Positions 1 through 8,309 of a DNA stretch of 64,000 nucleotides are shown piece after piece. Under the pieces are notes generated by a model, which searched no databases, was not told the origin of the DNA, and saw nothing but the letters and a program-made list of their open reading frames with translations. Position 1 is the first letter of the stretch. The number at the start of each line of letters is the position of its first letter. Both the position numbers and the translations under genes were made by a program. The DNA is from an uncultured bacterium (lineage in GTDB: Bacteria; Patescibacteriota; Patescibacteriia; Patescibacteriales; UBA12465): contig CAJAVM010000026.1 of assembly GCA_903945435.1 (NCBI GenBank), positions 8,311 through 72,310 on the forward strand, written 5' to 3'.

Positions 1-354
1 TCTAGTTTGAGGCATAGGGCCATCAGTTGCAGAAACTACTAAAATAGCACCGTCCATTTGAGCAGCACCAGTAATCATGTTCTTAACATAATCAGCATGG
101 CCCGGACAATCAACGTGAGCGTAATGACGCTTATCTGATTCGTATTCTACGTGAGCAGTTGCAATAGTAATACCTCTTTCTCTTTCTTCCGGAGCGGCAT
201 CAATTTCTCCAACCCCCTTGTGAGACGCTTTCATTCCTTTAGCGGAGAAAACGGCTAACATCGCGGCGGTTAAAGTTGTTTTTCCATGATCAACGTGGCC
301 GATAGTACCTACGTTAACATGGGGCTTATTTCGTTCAAATTTTTCTGTTGCCAT
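1..354 (-). CDS. tuf: Elongation factor Tu, N-terminal 118 codons (gene runs off window start)
   Basis: Absent from the ORF track because no stop lies in the window. From ATG 354..352 the reverse strand reads [31 protein letters not shown]...[26 protein letters not shown], giving the G1 and G3 motifs of EF-Tu. It lies downstream of fusA as in str operons. Confidence 0.97.
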   Translation of the reverse strand, partial: MATEKFERNKPHVNVGTIGHVDHGKTTLTAAMLAVFSAKGMKASHKGVGEIDAAPEERERGITIATAHVEYESDKRHYAHVDCPGHADYVKNMITGAAQMDGAILVVSATDGPMPQTR

Positions 355-360
355 GTTTTT

Positions 361-418
361 GTTGTACGGCCCCCGTTTTTCACGGGGTTTCTTTCCCTCA
401 AAGGAAACCAGCCGAACT
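361..418 (-). promoter_or_regulatory. GC-rich structured 5' leader of tuf
   Basis: The minus strand reads AGUUCGGCUGGUUUCCUUUGAGGGAAAGAAACCCCGUGAAAAACGGGGGCCGUAC. An outer CGGC/GCCG stem encloses two hairpins, UUUCC/GGAAA and CCCCG/CGGGG. The surrounding spacer is AT-rich. Confidence 0.4.
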
Positions 419-458
419 AAATTAATTAATTATATTTTTTAAATTTTTTAATAAAAAA

Positions 459-794
459 TTACTCGATATTATGCGCGTTGTTTTTTACTGCCGGAGGGAT
501 ACGCCAATTATTTTTAGCCTTATCTTCCTCTGACAATACAGGCGCATTTTCTTGATTCTTCCACATCGAGATTTCGCGATTAATTTTATCAGTTAAATCT
601 TCACCTGTCAAATTTTCGCTTATCTCTTTTTTAACAATAGATTCAGGCTTTTTCTCGGGTTCGTCTATAGTTTTAACATAACGGTCAAAGTCCATTACCA
701 CATAAGAGCTATCGGGATTATTTGCATCGAAAACGATTACCTTATCTCCAGTTTTTTTTATTAATTCAATAATTTTTTTAAATTGCTCTGACAT
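459..794 (-). CDS. Hypothetical 111-aa protein between fusA and tuf
   Basis: ATG-initiated ORF, co-oriented and tightly spaced within fusA-tuf. No family recognised. The N-terminal KVIVFDANNPDSSYVVMDFDRYVKTI only loosely recalls Phd/YefM-type N-domains, and the tail is charged. Confidence 0.6.
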   Translation of the reverse strand: MSEQFKKIIELIKKTGDKVIVFDANNPDSSYVVMDFDRYVKTIDEPEKKPESIVKKEISENLTGEDLTDKINREISMWKNQENAPVLSEEDKAKNNWRIPPAVKNNAHNIE

Positions 795-856
795 ATTTTT
801 ATTGATTAATTTTGCAATTATTTTTTACACTTCTTAAACTAACAATCTTTTACAAT

Positions 857-2935
857 TTACTTACCGTTTTTTTCTTTTAAAGTTTCAAGAATATTTTTTG
901 GTACCTCAGCATAGTTAGCAAATTCCATAACGTAGTTAGCACGACCTTGGCTCATAGATCTTAAGGAAGTCGAGTAACCAAACATTTCTGCAAGTGGGAC
1001 TTTAGCCTTAACAACTTTGATATTAGCACGGTCGGACATTTCTTCGATTTGACCACGTTTACTGCTTAAGTCGCCAATAATATTACCCATGTATTCTTCT
1101 GGAGTAGTAACTTCGACTTTCATCATCGGTTCAAGTAAAACTGGACCTGCTTTTTGACAAGCATCTTTAAAAGCAAAGATAGCTGCCATTTTGAAGGCAA
1201 TTTCTGAAGAGTCGACTTCATGATATGAACCGTAAAAAACTGCAGTTTTAACATCAACCATTGGATAACCAGCTAAAACACCGCTATTTAAAGCTTCCTT
1301 AACACCCTTTTCAATCGCTGGAATATATTCTTTAGGAATAACACCACCTTTAACTTCATCATTGAATTCATACCCCTTACCTGTTTCTTGAGGTTCAACA
1401 CGTAATGAACAGTGACCATATTGACCACGACCACCGGATTGTTTTACATACTTATGTTCAGCCTCAGCCATTCTAGTAATGGTTTCACGATATGATACTT
1501 GTGGTTTACCAACATTAGCTTCAACCCCGAATTCACGTTTCATACGATCAACAATGATTTCCAAGTGTAATTCACCCATACCAGCAATTAAAATCTGATT
1601 AGTTTCTTCATCAGTAGCAACTCTAAAAGTTGGGTCCTCTTCAGCTAAACGAGCTAAAGCAACACCCATCTTTTCTTGGTCAGCTTTAGTTTTAGGTTCA
1701 ACTGCAATCTTAATAACTGGTTCCGGGAAAACAATAGATTCAAGTAAAACTGGTTCCTCTTCAGCACATAAAGTATTACCAGTTGTAGTATTTTTTAAAC
1801 CAATAACGGCCGCGATATCACCAGCATAAATTTCTTTAATTTCTTCACGGTGATTAGCATGCATACGAACTAAACGGCTAATTCTTTCCTTGTTTCCAGT
1901 TGAAGAATTAACGATATATGAACCGGATGTTAAAACACCCTGATAAACACGAACAAAACAAAGCTTACCAACAAAAGGGTCAGTAGCAATCTTGAAAGCT
2001 AAGCCAATAAAAGGTTTATTATCATCAGCATTAACTGAAACTTTCTTTTCAATATCACGCACATCAGCTGCTTCAACTTGAGGAACGTCTAATGGAGATG
2101 GTAAATAATCGTTAACAGCATCAAGTGCTAATTGAACACCAATATTTTGTAAAGCCGTACCACATAAAACTGGATAAATTGCATTAGCAATTACACCCTT
2201 ACGAATAGCGGATTTAACTTCTTCAGGAGTTACTTCTTGACCATTCAAATATTTTTCCATGGTTACTTCATCGCACTCAACTGCTTTTTCAATAAGCTCT
2301 GCATGGAATTCATCAACCTTAGCTTTCATATCTTCAGGAACTGGAATTTCTTCAATATTAACACCAAAATGACCAGAAAACTGATAAGCCTTCTTAGTTA
2401 ATAAATCAATCACACCCTTTAAATTATCTTCAGCGCCAATCGGTAATTGGATAGCAACTGCTTTCTGATTTAATCTAGTCTTAATAGAATCAAGACTCAT
2501 ATAAAAATCAGCTCCCATCTTATCCATTTTATTTACAAAACAAAGACGAGGAACATTATATTTATCAGCTTGGCGCCAAACAGTTTCAGATTGTGGCTCA
2601 ACGCCAGCCTGACCATCAAAAACAGCGATTGCACCGTCTAAAACGCGAAGTGAACGTTCAACTTCAACTGTGAAGTCAACGTGACCTGGAGTATCGATAA
2701 TATTAATTTTGTTATTCTTCCAGAAACAAGTAGTCGCGGCCGAAGTAATTGTAATACCTCTTTCCTTTTCTTGTTCCATCCAGTCCATTTCAGCAGCACC
2801 TTCATGAACTTCACCAATTTTATGTTTTTTACCAGTATAAAACAAAACACGCTCAGTGAAAGTAGTTTTTCCAGCATCAATGTGAGCCATGATACCAATA
2901 TTTCTAATATTATCTAACGCGTAATCTCGGGCCAT
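857..2935 (-). CDS. fusA: Elongation factor G
   Basis: 692-aa ORF with the G1 motif [14 protein letters not shown] and G3 motif DTPGHVDF. Full EF-G length, and it follows rpsG. Confidence 0.98.
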   Translation of the reverse strand: MARDYALDNIRNIGIMAHIDAGKTTFTERVLFYTGKKHKIGEVHEGAAEMDWMEQEKERGITITSAATTCFWKNNKINIIDTPGHVDFTVEVERSLRVLDGAIAVFDGQAGVEPQSETVWRQADKYNVPRLCFVNKMDKMGADFYMSLDSIKTRLNQKAVAIQLPIGAEDNLKGVIDLLTKKAYQFSGHFGVNIEEIPVPEDMKAKVDEFHAELIEKAVECDEVTMEKYLNGQEVTPEEVKSAIRKGVIANAIYPVLCGTALQNIGVQLALDAVNDYLPSPLDVPQVEAADVRDIEKKVSVNADDNKPFIGLAFKIATDPFVGKLCFVRVYQGVLTSGSYIVNSSTGNKERISRLVRMHANHREEIKEIYAGDIAAVIGLKNTTTGNTLCAEEEPVLLESIVFPEPVIKIAVEPKTKADQEKMGVALARLAEEDPTFRVATDEETNQILIAGMGELHLEIIVDRMKREFGVEANVGKPQVSYRETITRMAEAEHKYVKQSGGRGQYGHCSLRVEPQETGKGYEFNDEVKGGVIPKEYIPAIEKGVKEALNSGVLAGYPMVDVKTAVFYGSYHEVDSSEIAFKMAAIFAFKDACQKAGPVLLEPMMKVEVTTPEEYMGNIIGDLSSKRGQIEEMSDRANIKVVKAKVPLAEMFGYSTSLRSMSQGRANYVMEFANYAEVPKNILETLKEKNGK

Positions 2936-2981
2936 ATTTTAAATTTATTTAATTTTTTATTTATGTTAGTAAGGAGCGAGC

Positions 2982-3449
2982 TTATCTTGAGAAGTGAGCG
3001 AAAGCTTTATTAGCCTCAGCCATCTTATGAACAGCTTCTCTCTTCTTAACAGCAGTTCCTTCGCCATTAGAAGCATCTAGAATCTCAGTAGCAAGCTTTT
3101 CAGCAGTAGAACGACCCTTACGGTCATTAGCAGCCTTGATAATCCAGTTACAGCCTAAGAAATATCTTCTTTCACCACGAACCTGGAAAGGAACCTGATA
3201 GTTAGCACCACCGACTCTTTTACCTCTAACTTCAACAAGTGGAGAAACTTTCTTGATTGCCTTGTTAAAAATATGACGTGGATCTTGCTTAGTCTTATCT
3301 TTTAAAATATCAAAAGAGCGGTAAACGATACTTTCGGCTACACTCTTCTTTCCTCTTTCCATGACGTAATTAATAAATTTAGCGATATTCTTATCGTTAT
3401 ATTTAGAATCACCTTCGATTGTTCTCTTTGGAGCTGGTTTTCCTCTCAT
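2982..3449 (-). CDS. rpsG: 30S ribosomal protein S7
   Basis: 155-aa ORF with the S7 core KRVGGANYQVPFQVRGERR. It sits between rpsL and fusA. Confidence 0.97.
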   Translation of the reverse strand: MRGKPAPKRTIEGDSKYNDKNIAKFINYVMERGKKSVAESIVYRSFDILKDKTKQDPRHIFNKAIKKVSPLVEVRGKRVGGANYQVPFQVRGERRYFLGCNWIIKAANDRKGRSTAEKLATEILDASNGEGTAVKKREAVHKMAEANKAFAHFSR

Positions 3450-3529
3450 ATTTGTATGGCCGCGAACTTTTAGCAGCTATCTAAAATCGCGTCTTATTTT
3501 AACTTATTTATTAAAATGATTTATTTAAA

Positions 3530-3955
3530 TTATTTAGCAGCCTTGGGTTTCTTAGCGCCATAAGAACTGCGGCTCTTACGTCTAGCCTCAACACCAGAAG
3601 CATCGTATACACCACGAACAACTTTATAGCGAACACCAGGAAGATCTTTAGTTTTTCCACCCTTTACTAAAACGATGGAATGCTCTTGTAAGTTATGACC
3701 CATACCTGGGATATAAGCAGTTACTTCCATTCCGTTAGATAAACGAACACGGCAAATTTTACGCAACGCTGAGTTAGGTTTTTTGGGAGTAGTAGTAGTC
3801 ACCTTTAAACAAACGCCTTGCTTAAATGGAGCGCCTTTTGCAGTTTCTTTCTTTTTGCGGTGCAAAGAATCAAGACTAAGATGAAGAGCGATTGCGTTCT
3901 TGCGGACCTTTGTTTTTTGTCTTCCCTGCTTAACCAATTGATTTATAGTTGGCAT
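3530..3955 (-). CDS. rpsL: 30S ribosomal protein S12
   Basis: 141-aa ORF with [20 protein letters not shown] and KDLPGVRY motifs. It carries an extra ~17-aa segment ([21 protein letters not shown]) relative to the E. coli protein as I recall it. Confidence 0.97.
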   Translation of the reverse strand: MPTINQLVKQGRQKTKVRKNAIALHLSLDSLHRKKKETAKGAPFKQGVCLKVTTTTPKKPNSALRKICRVRLSNGMEVTAYIPGMGHNLQEHSIVLVKGGKTKDLPGVRYKVVRGVYDASGVEARRKSRSSYGAKKPKAAK

Positions 3956-4073
3956 AATTTTCAGTTATGGTCCGCCTTCTAGACGGATGCCTGGCGAACT
4001 TTGCTTATTACTAAATTTTAAATATTAAAATAATCCTGGATATTCAGGACGTGTGATTTTTTTATACTAATTC

Positions 4074-4102
4074 AATTTAACAAAATATAAAACATAAGTC
4101 AA
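4074..4102 (-). promoter_or_regulatory. Candidate sigma70-type promoter of rpsL operon
   Basis: Minus strand TTGACT (4102..4097), a 17-nt spacer, then TGtTAAATT (extended -10, hexamer 4079..4074). This leaves a ~110-nt leader to the rpsL ATG. Confidence 0.5.
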
Positions 4103-4173
4103 GAAGGATTAATGCAAATTTAGTCTATTTATGGATGTGCTAAACCACCCTCTTAACGTCACGGTTTTTCATG

Positions 4174-4202
4174 TTGACATAAATATATATTTATGATATT
4201 AT
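4174..4202 (+). promoter_or_regulatory. Candidate promoter of small lipoprotein gene
   Basis: TTGACA (4174..4179), a 17-nt spacer, then TGaTATTAT (extended -10, hexamer 4197..4202). Confidence 0.5.
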
Positions 4203-4258
4203 GAATACAAAAAAATCGTACGTTTAAAAAACTATATAAACAAAAAAAATCATTAACA

Positions 4259-4435
4259 ATGAAAACACCAATTAAAATTTCTCAATTAAAATTTGTATGG
4301 ATTCTTATTAAAATTGGAATAATCGTCGCTCTTTTAGCAGCAATAATGTCTTGCACAAAGGAAAAGGAATACGACATTCCAACTCCGGTTGAAAAAGTAA
4401 AGGTCTTTGTTTCTACTTCCTCTTCTCAAAATTGA
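4259..4435 (+). CDS. Small putative lipoprotein (58 aa), below the ORF-track cutoff
   Basis: ATG 4259 to TGA 4433..4435 encodes MKTPIKISQLKFVWILIKIGIIVALLAAIMSCTKEKEYDIPTPVEKVKVFVSTSSSQN. It has a basic n-region, a hydrophobic core and a lipobox-like AIMS|C. It is flanked by its own promoter and terminator. Confidence 0.5.
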   Translation: MKTPIKISQLKFVWILIKIGIIVALLAAIMSCTKEKEYDIPTPVEKVKVFVSTSSSQN

Positions 4436-4458
4436 ATTTGCCGTGCAATAATCAAAAG

Positions 4459-4492
4459 AGACCCGATTCTGCCAAGATTCGGGTTTTATTAT
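4459..4492 (+). terminator. Rho-independent terminator
   Basis: ACCCGAUUCU-GCCA-AGAUUCGGGU forms a 10-bp stem with one mismatch, followed by UUUUAUUAUU. Confidence 0.7.
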
Positions 4493-4520
4493 TGACAAAA
4501 GTAAATATTTGTGATATAAT
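4493..4520 (+). promoter_or_regulatory. Candidate promoter of membrane/coiled-coil gene
   Basis: TTGACA (4493..4498), a 16-nt spacer, then TGaTATAAT (extended -10, hexamer 4515..4520). Confidence 0.6.
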
Positions 4521-4617
4521 ATCGTCATAGTGCGCTAAGCGATTGGCACTCAAAAGCCGTACAAGGCTATGCTCCATTACAGGAGCTAAAAAAATCGGTT
4601 CTTTAAAAATTAATGTT

Positions 4618-5826
4618 ATGAGTAATTTAAAAGAAAAAATCCTAAATGGATTTATGAATGTGACTTTTATTGGGCTCCCTATCGCCCTAGTGTTAATCTT
4701 CGGAGCAAAATTTTCGCTCTGGCTGAATCTTTTGACGCTAATCTGCGTTATGTTCTTATCGGCCGCTTTCGCCATGATTGGAGATGAGTATGAAAGTCCA
4801 AAAAGAATTATGCTAGCCTTAATTGGTGCTTCTGTCGCTGCTAATATCAAAGTCCTGGTCTATCCCGGACACACAGCAGCAATTATTCTAACAACGATCC
4901 TAATTATCTCCACCTTTGACCTCATTGACCGAGGTCAAATCATTTGGTTGGAATTTACCAGACGTTCAAGATTGCGTTTCTTGGGAAAATTTATTATCCT
5001 AATAACTTTTCTCGGCAATATTGGTTTAATTGTTGCTAATTTCGGAAGCCAAGCGATTTGGATTCCAATAACAACAGCTTTACTACTGCTAACTCTGCTG
5101 TTTAACCACGATGCGTTCCTGCAAAACGATTCCTCGGAAAAAGAAAAAACATTCTTCATTTCCGCAGGAGCATTAATTCTCACCGGCGCAATTAGCACCA
5201 TCGTTCAATTTTGGACAACAGAACTTTTCTGGGGAATAAAACTCTGGCAACTGTTAGCCGGATTAGTAATTCTAATTATCATTATTGCGACAGTAATCTT
5301 TATCTGGATAATTAGACAAAACAGAATTGAACGACTTGAAAATCAAGAGAAAGAACGCGTTGAGCGAGAAGAACAACGGAAGACGGAGGCCGAAAAAAAA
5401 GAAAAAAAAGAAGAAGCGCTAGCTAAAAGACAAGCTAAGGTTGATACAATCATGGCTAAAAATTTAGAAGACTGGGTAGCTGATGATTTCGTTATCATCC
5501 ACGATCTAGATGCACAGACAGCCACAAAGGCTTTCTTGATGAATTCAAGTATTGACGGCGAATACATCGCCAACCTGATTACTGTTTCTATTTATAAGCA
5601 ACAGATTGTTTGGGGACACGGCTTAAGCACCTTCCTGCAAATATTTGAGCTTATTGCTCAAAAAAGTTTTTCAGACAAAGAATTAGCTCGAGTAATCACT
5701 ATTACTCTAGCTTTGAGCAAAAGAGTCGCCGATTTAAAGAGAGATGGTGATGAGGTTTACAAAGGAGAAAAAGAACTCCTAAACATGCTTACGCGAATTG
5801 AAGAATTCGCAAATAAAAAAGATTAG
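4618..5826 (+). CDS. Hypothetical polytopic membrane protein with charged coiled-coil segment and soluble C-terminal domain
   Basis: The track frame opens at TTG 4543, and the first in-frame ATG is 4618 (MSNLKEKILNG). Several hydrophobic segments are followed by RIERLENQEKERVEREEQRKTEAEKKEKKEEALAKRQAK and a ~130-aa C-terminal domain. No family recognised. Confidence 0.7.
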   Translation: MSNLKEKILNGFMNVTFIGLPIALVLIFGAKFSLWLNLLTLICVMFLSAAFAMIGDEYESPKRIMLALIGASVAANIKVLVYPGHTAAIILTTILIISTFDLIDRGQIIWLEFTRRSRLRFLGKFIILITFLGNIGLIVANFGSQAIWIPITTALLLLTLLFNHDAFLQNDSSEKEKTFFISAGALILTGAISTIVQFWTTELFWGIKLWQLLAGLVILIIIIATVIFIWIIRQNRIERLENQEKERVEREEQRKTEAEKKEKKEEALAKRQAKVDTIMAKNLEDWVADDFVIIHDLDAQTATKAFLMNSSIDGEYIANLITVSIYKQQIVWGHGLSTFLQIFELIAQKSFSDKELARVITITLALSKRVADLKRDGDEVYKGEKELLNMLTRIEEFANKKD

Positions 5827-5853
5827 CAATAAAACAAACAAGCTCACGCACAC

Positions 5854-5892
5854 AAAAAGACCCGAGTCTAAACAGCCCGGGTCTCTTTTTAT
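5854..5892. terminator. Bidirectional terminator between convergent genes
   Basis: AGACCCG (5858..5864) pairs with CGGGUCU (5878..5884). An A-run lies upstream and a T-run downstream. Confidence 0.6.
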
Positions 5893-5925
5893 TTAAAATA
5901 TATTTTAATTTTCAAGAACAACTTA

Positions 5926-6540
5926 CTATCCCGCTATCAACTTAAAAAGAAAATTAACTGGACCGCTGATTACCTGGCCAAATAACATTACTACTAAGAT
6001 TACTATCACAAATCCAAATCTTTCCATACTTAAATATCTCTCACGCAAATGGGCCGGTAAAAAAGTCGCCAATATCTTAGAACCATCAAGCGGCGGTAAA
6101 GGCAAAAGATTAAAGACGGCTAACAATAAATTTATATAAATAATCATTCCCAACAAACCAGAAAATGTTAAACTAAAAAATGGAATAAATTTTAATATCA
6201 AACCAAACACAACCGCAATCACTAAATTACCTAATGGGCCCGCGAAAGCAACTTTAGCTTCCCCATACTTTTTGTCAGTCAAATTATTTGGATTATATGG
6301 AACCGGTTTTGCCCAAGCAATTAAAAAAGGAGTTCCTGAAACCACCATCATTAGCGGTAAGAAAAAAGACCCAAACCATTCAAGGTGAGCAAGTGGATTT
6401 ATAGTTAATCTACCGGCATCTTTAGCGGTATCATCGCCTAAACGATGAGCCATAAAACCATGCAAGTATTCATGCACAACGGCCGAAAAGATTAACACTA
6501 TAATTTGAAATATTTGTATCATATGGAAATATTGTAACAT
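5926..6540 (-). CDS. Site-2 protease family zinc metalloprotease (peptidase M50)
   Basis: 204-aa multi-pass membrane ORF with HEYLHGF (HExxH) and the downstream NLLPLPPLDGSK motif typical of M50. Confidence 0.8.
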   Translation of the reverse strand: MLQYFHMIQIFQIIVLIFSAVVHEYLHGFMAHRLGDDTAKDAGRLTINPLAHLEWFGSFFLPLMMVVSGTPFLIAWAKPVPYNPNNLTDKKYGEAKVAFAGPLGNLVIAVVFGLILKFIPFFSLTFSGLLGMIIYINLLLAVFNLLPLPPLDGSKILATFLPAHLRERYLSMERFGFVIVILVVMLFGQVISGPVNFLFKLIAG

Positions 6541-6602
6541 AACTTGATTAATTTTAAAAATGCTGTTAGAATAAAACCATTAAAATAAGCAAATAAACCA
6601 AT

Positions 6603-6875
6603 ATGGCAAAAAAGTGTGATTTATGCGGACGTAGTTCAACAAAAGGGGCTAGTCGTTCTCATTCTAAAATTAAAACCTTAAAGAGACAGAATATCAACTT
6701 ACAAAGTAAGGTTATTGAAGGTGTTAAGGCTAAAGTTTGTACTTCTTGTATGAGAACTATGGAAAAGCCTAAAAGAGTTAAAACTCCTAGAAAACCGGCC
6801 CTAAAGGTAGGTGAATCAGCAACCATCAAAAAAACTGGAAAAAAAGTTGTTAAAGTAGCTAAAGCAAAAAAATAA
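6603..6875 (+). CDS. rpmB: 50S ribosomal protein L28 (4-Cys zinc form, Lys-rich C-terminal tail)
   Basis: MAKKCDLCGRSSTKGASRSHSKIKTLKRQNINLQ matches the L28 core. A second CxxC (CTSC) is present, and the tail KKTGKKVVKVAKAKK is lysine-rich. Confidence 0.9.
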   Translation: MAKKCDLCGRSSTKGASRSHSKIKTLKRQNINLQSKVIEGVKAKVCTSCMRTMEKPKRVKTPRKPALKVGESATIKKTGKKVVKVAKAKK

Positions 6876-6896
6876 TCTTCTCAAATTTTTAAACAT

Positions 6897-6926
6897 AAAA
6901 ACTCGCTAACGGCGAGTTTTTTGTTT
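6897..6926 (+). terminator. Rho-independent terminator of rpmB (overlaps comEC 3' end)
   Basis: AAAAACUCGC-UAACG-GCGAGUUUUUU. The last comEC codons (QKQKTRR) are encoded on the opposite strand of this hairpin. Confidence 0.7.
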
Positions 6927-8252
6927 TTGAAATAACCAAACTAAAATAATAAGTAAAATATAATAAACCGTCGCATCTAGATTTCCGAAATTATTTATTT
7001 CTATTGCCGCCCAATTTGGTTTTGCTAATAATCTTGCGGCTACAAAAATAAACTTTAGCATTAAGTAGGCGGGAAAAAATAACCACACTCCTAAACTCGG
7101 AAAAATCGCAGCGGGAATAAGCGGGATAATAAGAGCCGCTAATAAAAACGGAAATATCCAAATCACAATTGGGTTAGCAATAAATGAAATAATGGAAAAT
7201 TGGTGAAAGTTAATTAACATAATCGGCGTTACCGCTAACTGACAAGCGATAGTTAAGCTAAATATATCCCAAAGCGCAAGCCAAAAAGTTCGCCAACCAG
7301 CATGAAGTTTATTTTTTATTTTACTTCTTAAAGACTCAAAACAAGGATAAACATAAATGATTCCGCCTACCGCCGCAAAAGAAAGCTGAAAACCAATATC
7401 ATCTCTAAGTAGACGTGGATTAATTACAAGCATCAAGGCCGCCGAGAATACTAAAGCTTTAACTATTGTTGCTAAACGACCATAATATGAAGCTAAAAAG
7501 ACTAGCCCTCCCATCACCGCGGAACGTACTGCTGACGCGCTCAAGCCGGTCATTATTGGGTAAATGAAAAGAAACATAAAAATAATTTGCAAAGCGCGCT
7601 GACGTTTAAATCCTAAAAACAACATTAAGCCTAAAATCATGGCGCTCAAAATTGTAATATGAGAGCCAGAAATTGCAATTAAATGACTTAAACCAGTCCG
7701 AGAAAAAGCTAGCCCATCTTCATCACTAACTGTACGACGATAACCTAGGAGCAAAGCATCGGCTAAGCCAGCCTCCGGCTCGGGCAATGATTTATCAAGA
7801 ATTAATTTTATTTTCCATTTTAGTTTTAAGAGGGCTAAATAAATTTCTTGCTGATTAGAAAGAGTGCCTGATTCTTTATTAATTTTTGGATAATACATTA
7901 CTGAATAAATATCATATCGAGCTAAATAGCGTCCGTAATCAAAACCATTAAATTTTTCTGGCGTTTTTACTAAACCAGTAACTCTTAAATAATCGCCAAA
8001 GTTATACTCGGGATATAAAGCCGTCGTTACCAATACTCGACCATCAGCGCAAATTGTTAAGCGTCGACTTTTATAATCAATATCCGCTTCTTCGCAAACC
8101 TGACCAATAAATTCAATTTTTTGATTATTATATTTAGCTACTCCAACATTACTTTTCCCTACTAAAAAAGCCTCATCATCAAGGCTCCTACAAAATACAA
8201 ATCCGATAAATATTAAGTTTAAATAAAAAAATATCTTAGCTGGGGATAACAT
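6906..8252 (-). CDS. comEC: ComEC/Rec2 family DNA internalisation channel, core only
   Basis: 448-aa polytopic ORF with the competence-domain motif GLSHLIAISGSHITIL and an N-terminal OB-like region. No C-terminal metallo-beta-lactamase domain. Confidence 0.85.
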   Translation of the reverse strand: MLSPAKIFFYLNLIFIGFVFCRSLDDEAFLVGKSNVGVAKYNNQKIEFIGQVCEEADIDYKSRRLTICADGRVLVTTALYPEYNFGDYLRVTGLVKTPEKFNGFDYGRYLARYDIYSVMYYPKINKESGTLSNQQEIYLALLKLKWKIKLILDKSLPEPEAGLADALLLGYRRTVSDEDGLAFSRTGLSHLIAISGSHITILSAMILGLMLFLGFKRQRALQIIFMFLFIYPIMTGLSASAVRSAVMGGLVFLASYYGRLATIVKALVFSAALMLVINPRLLRDDIGFQLSFAAVGGIIYVYPCFESLRSKIKNKLHAGWRTFWLALWDIFSLTIACQLAVTPIMLINFHQFSIISFIANPIVIWIFPFLLAALIIPLIPAAIFPSLGVWLFFPAYLMLKFIFVAARLLAKPNWAAIEINNFGNLDATVYYILLIILVWLFQKQKTRR

Positions 8253-8278
8253 AAAAATGCCGTTAATTATAACGACAT
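8253..8278 (-). terminator. Hairpin plus T-run after prfB, abutting the comEC start
   Basis: Minus strand UGUCGUUA-UAAU-UAACGGCA (one mismatch) followed by UUUUU. It ends immediately upstream of the comEC ATG at 8252. Confidence 0.45.
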
Positions 8279-8309
8279 TTTACAAATAACCTAATAAACT
8301 AAGGATAAA

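Noticed and set aside
2638-2917. 86-aa (minus) and 78-aa (plus) ORFs inside fusA
   Set aside because: Both are fully nested in the strongly supported EF-G frame and have a low-complexity composition. They are typical shadow ORFs of an AT-rich gene.
4543-4617. TTG-initiated 25-codon N-terminal extension of the membrane protein, as in the ORF track
   Set aside because: The predicted promoter -10 ends at 4520, so an initiation at 4543 would be nearly leaderless on a rare TTG. The first in-frame ATG (4618) precedes the first TM segment. I kept this as an uncertainty, not a call.
4334-4850. 64-aa and 132-aa minus-strand ORFs overlapping the plus-strand island
   Set aside because: They run across a plus-strand terminator, a consensus promoter and the 5' part of the 402-aa membrane-protein frame. 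They have no start context and no motifs, so the plus-strand features explain the region better.
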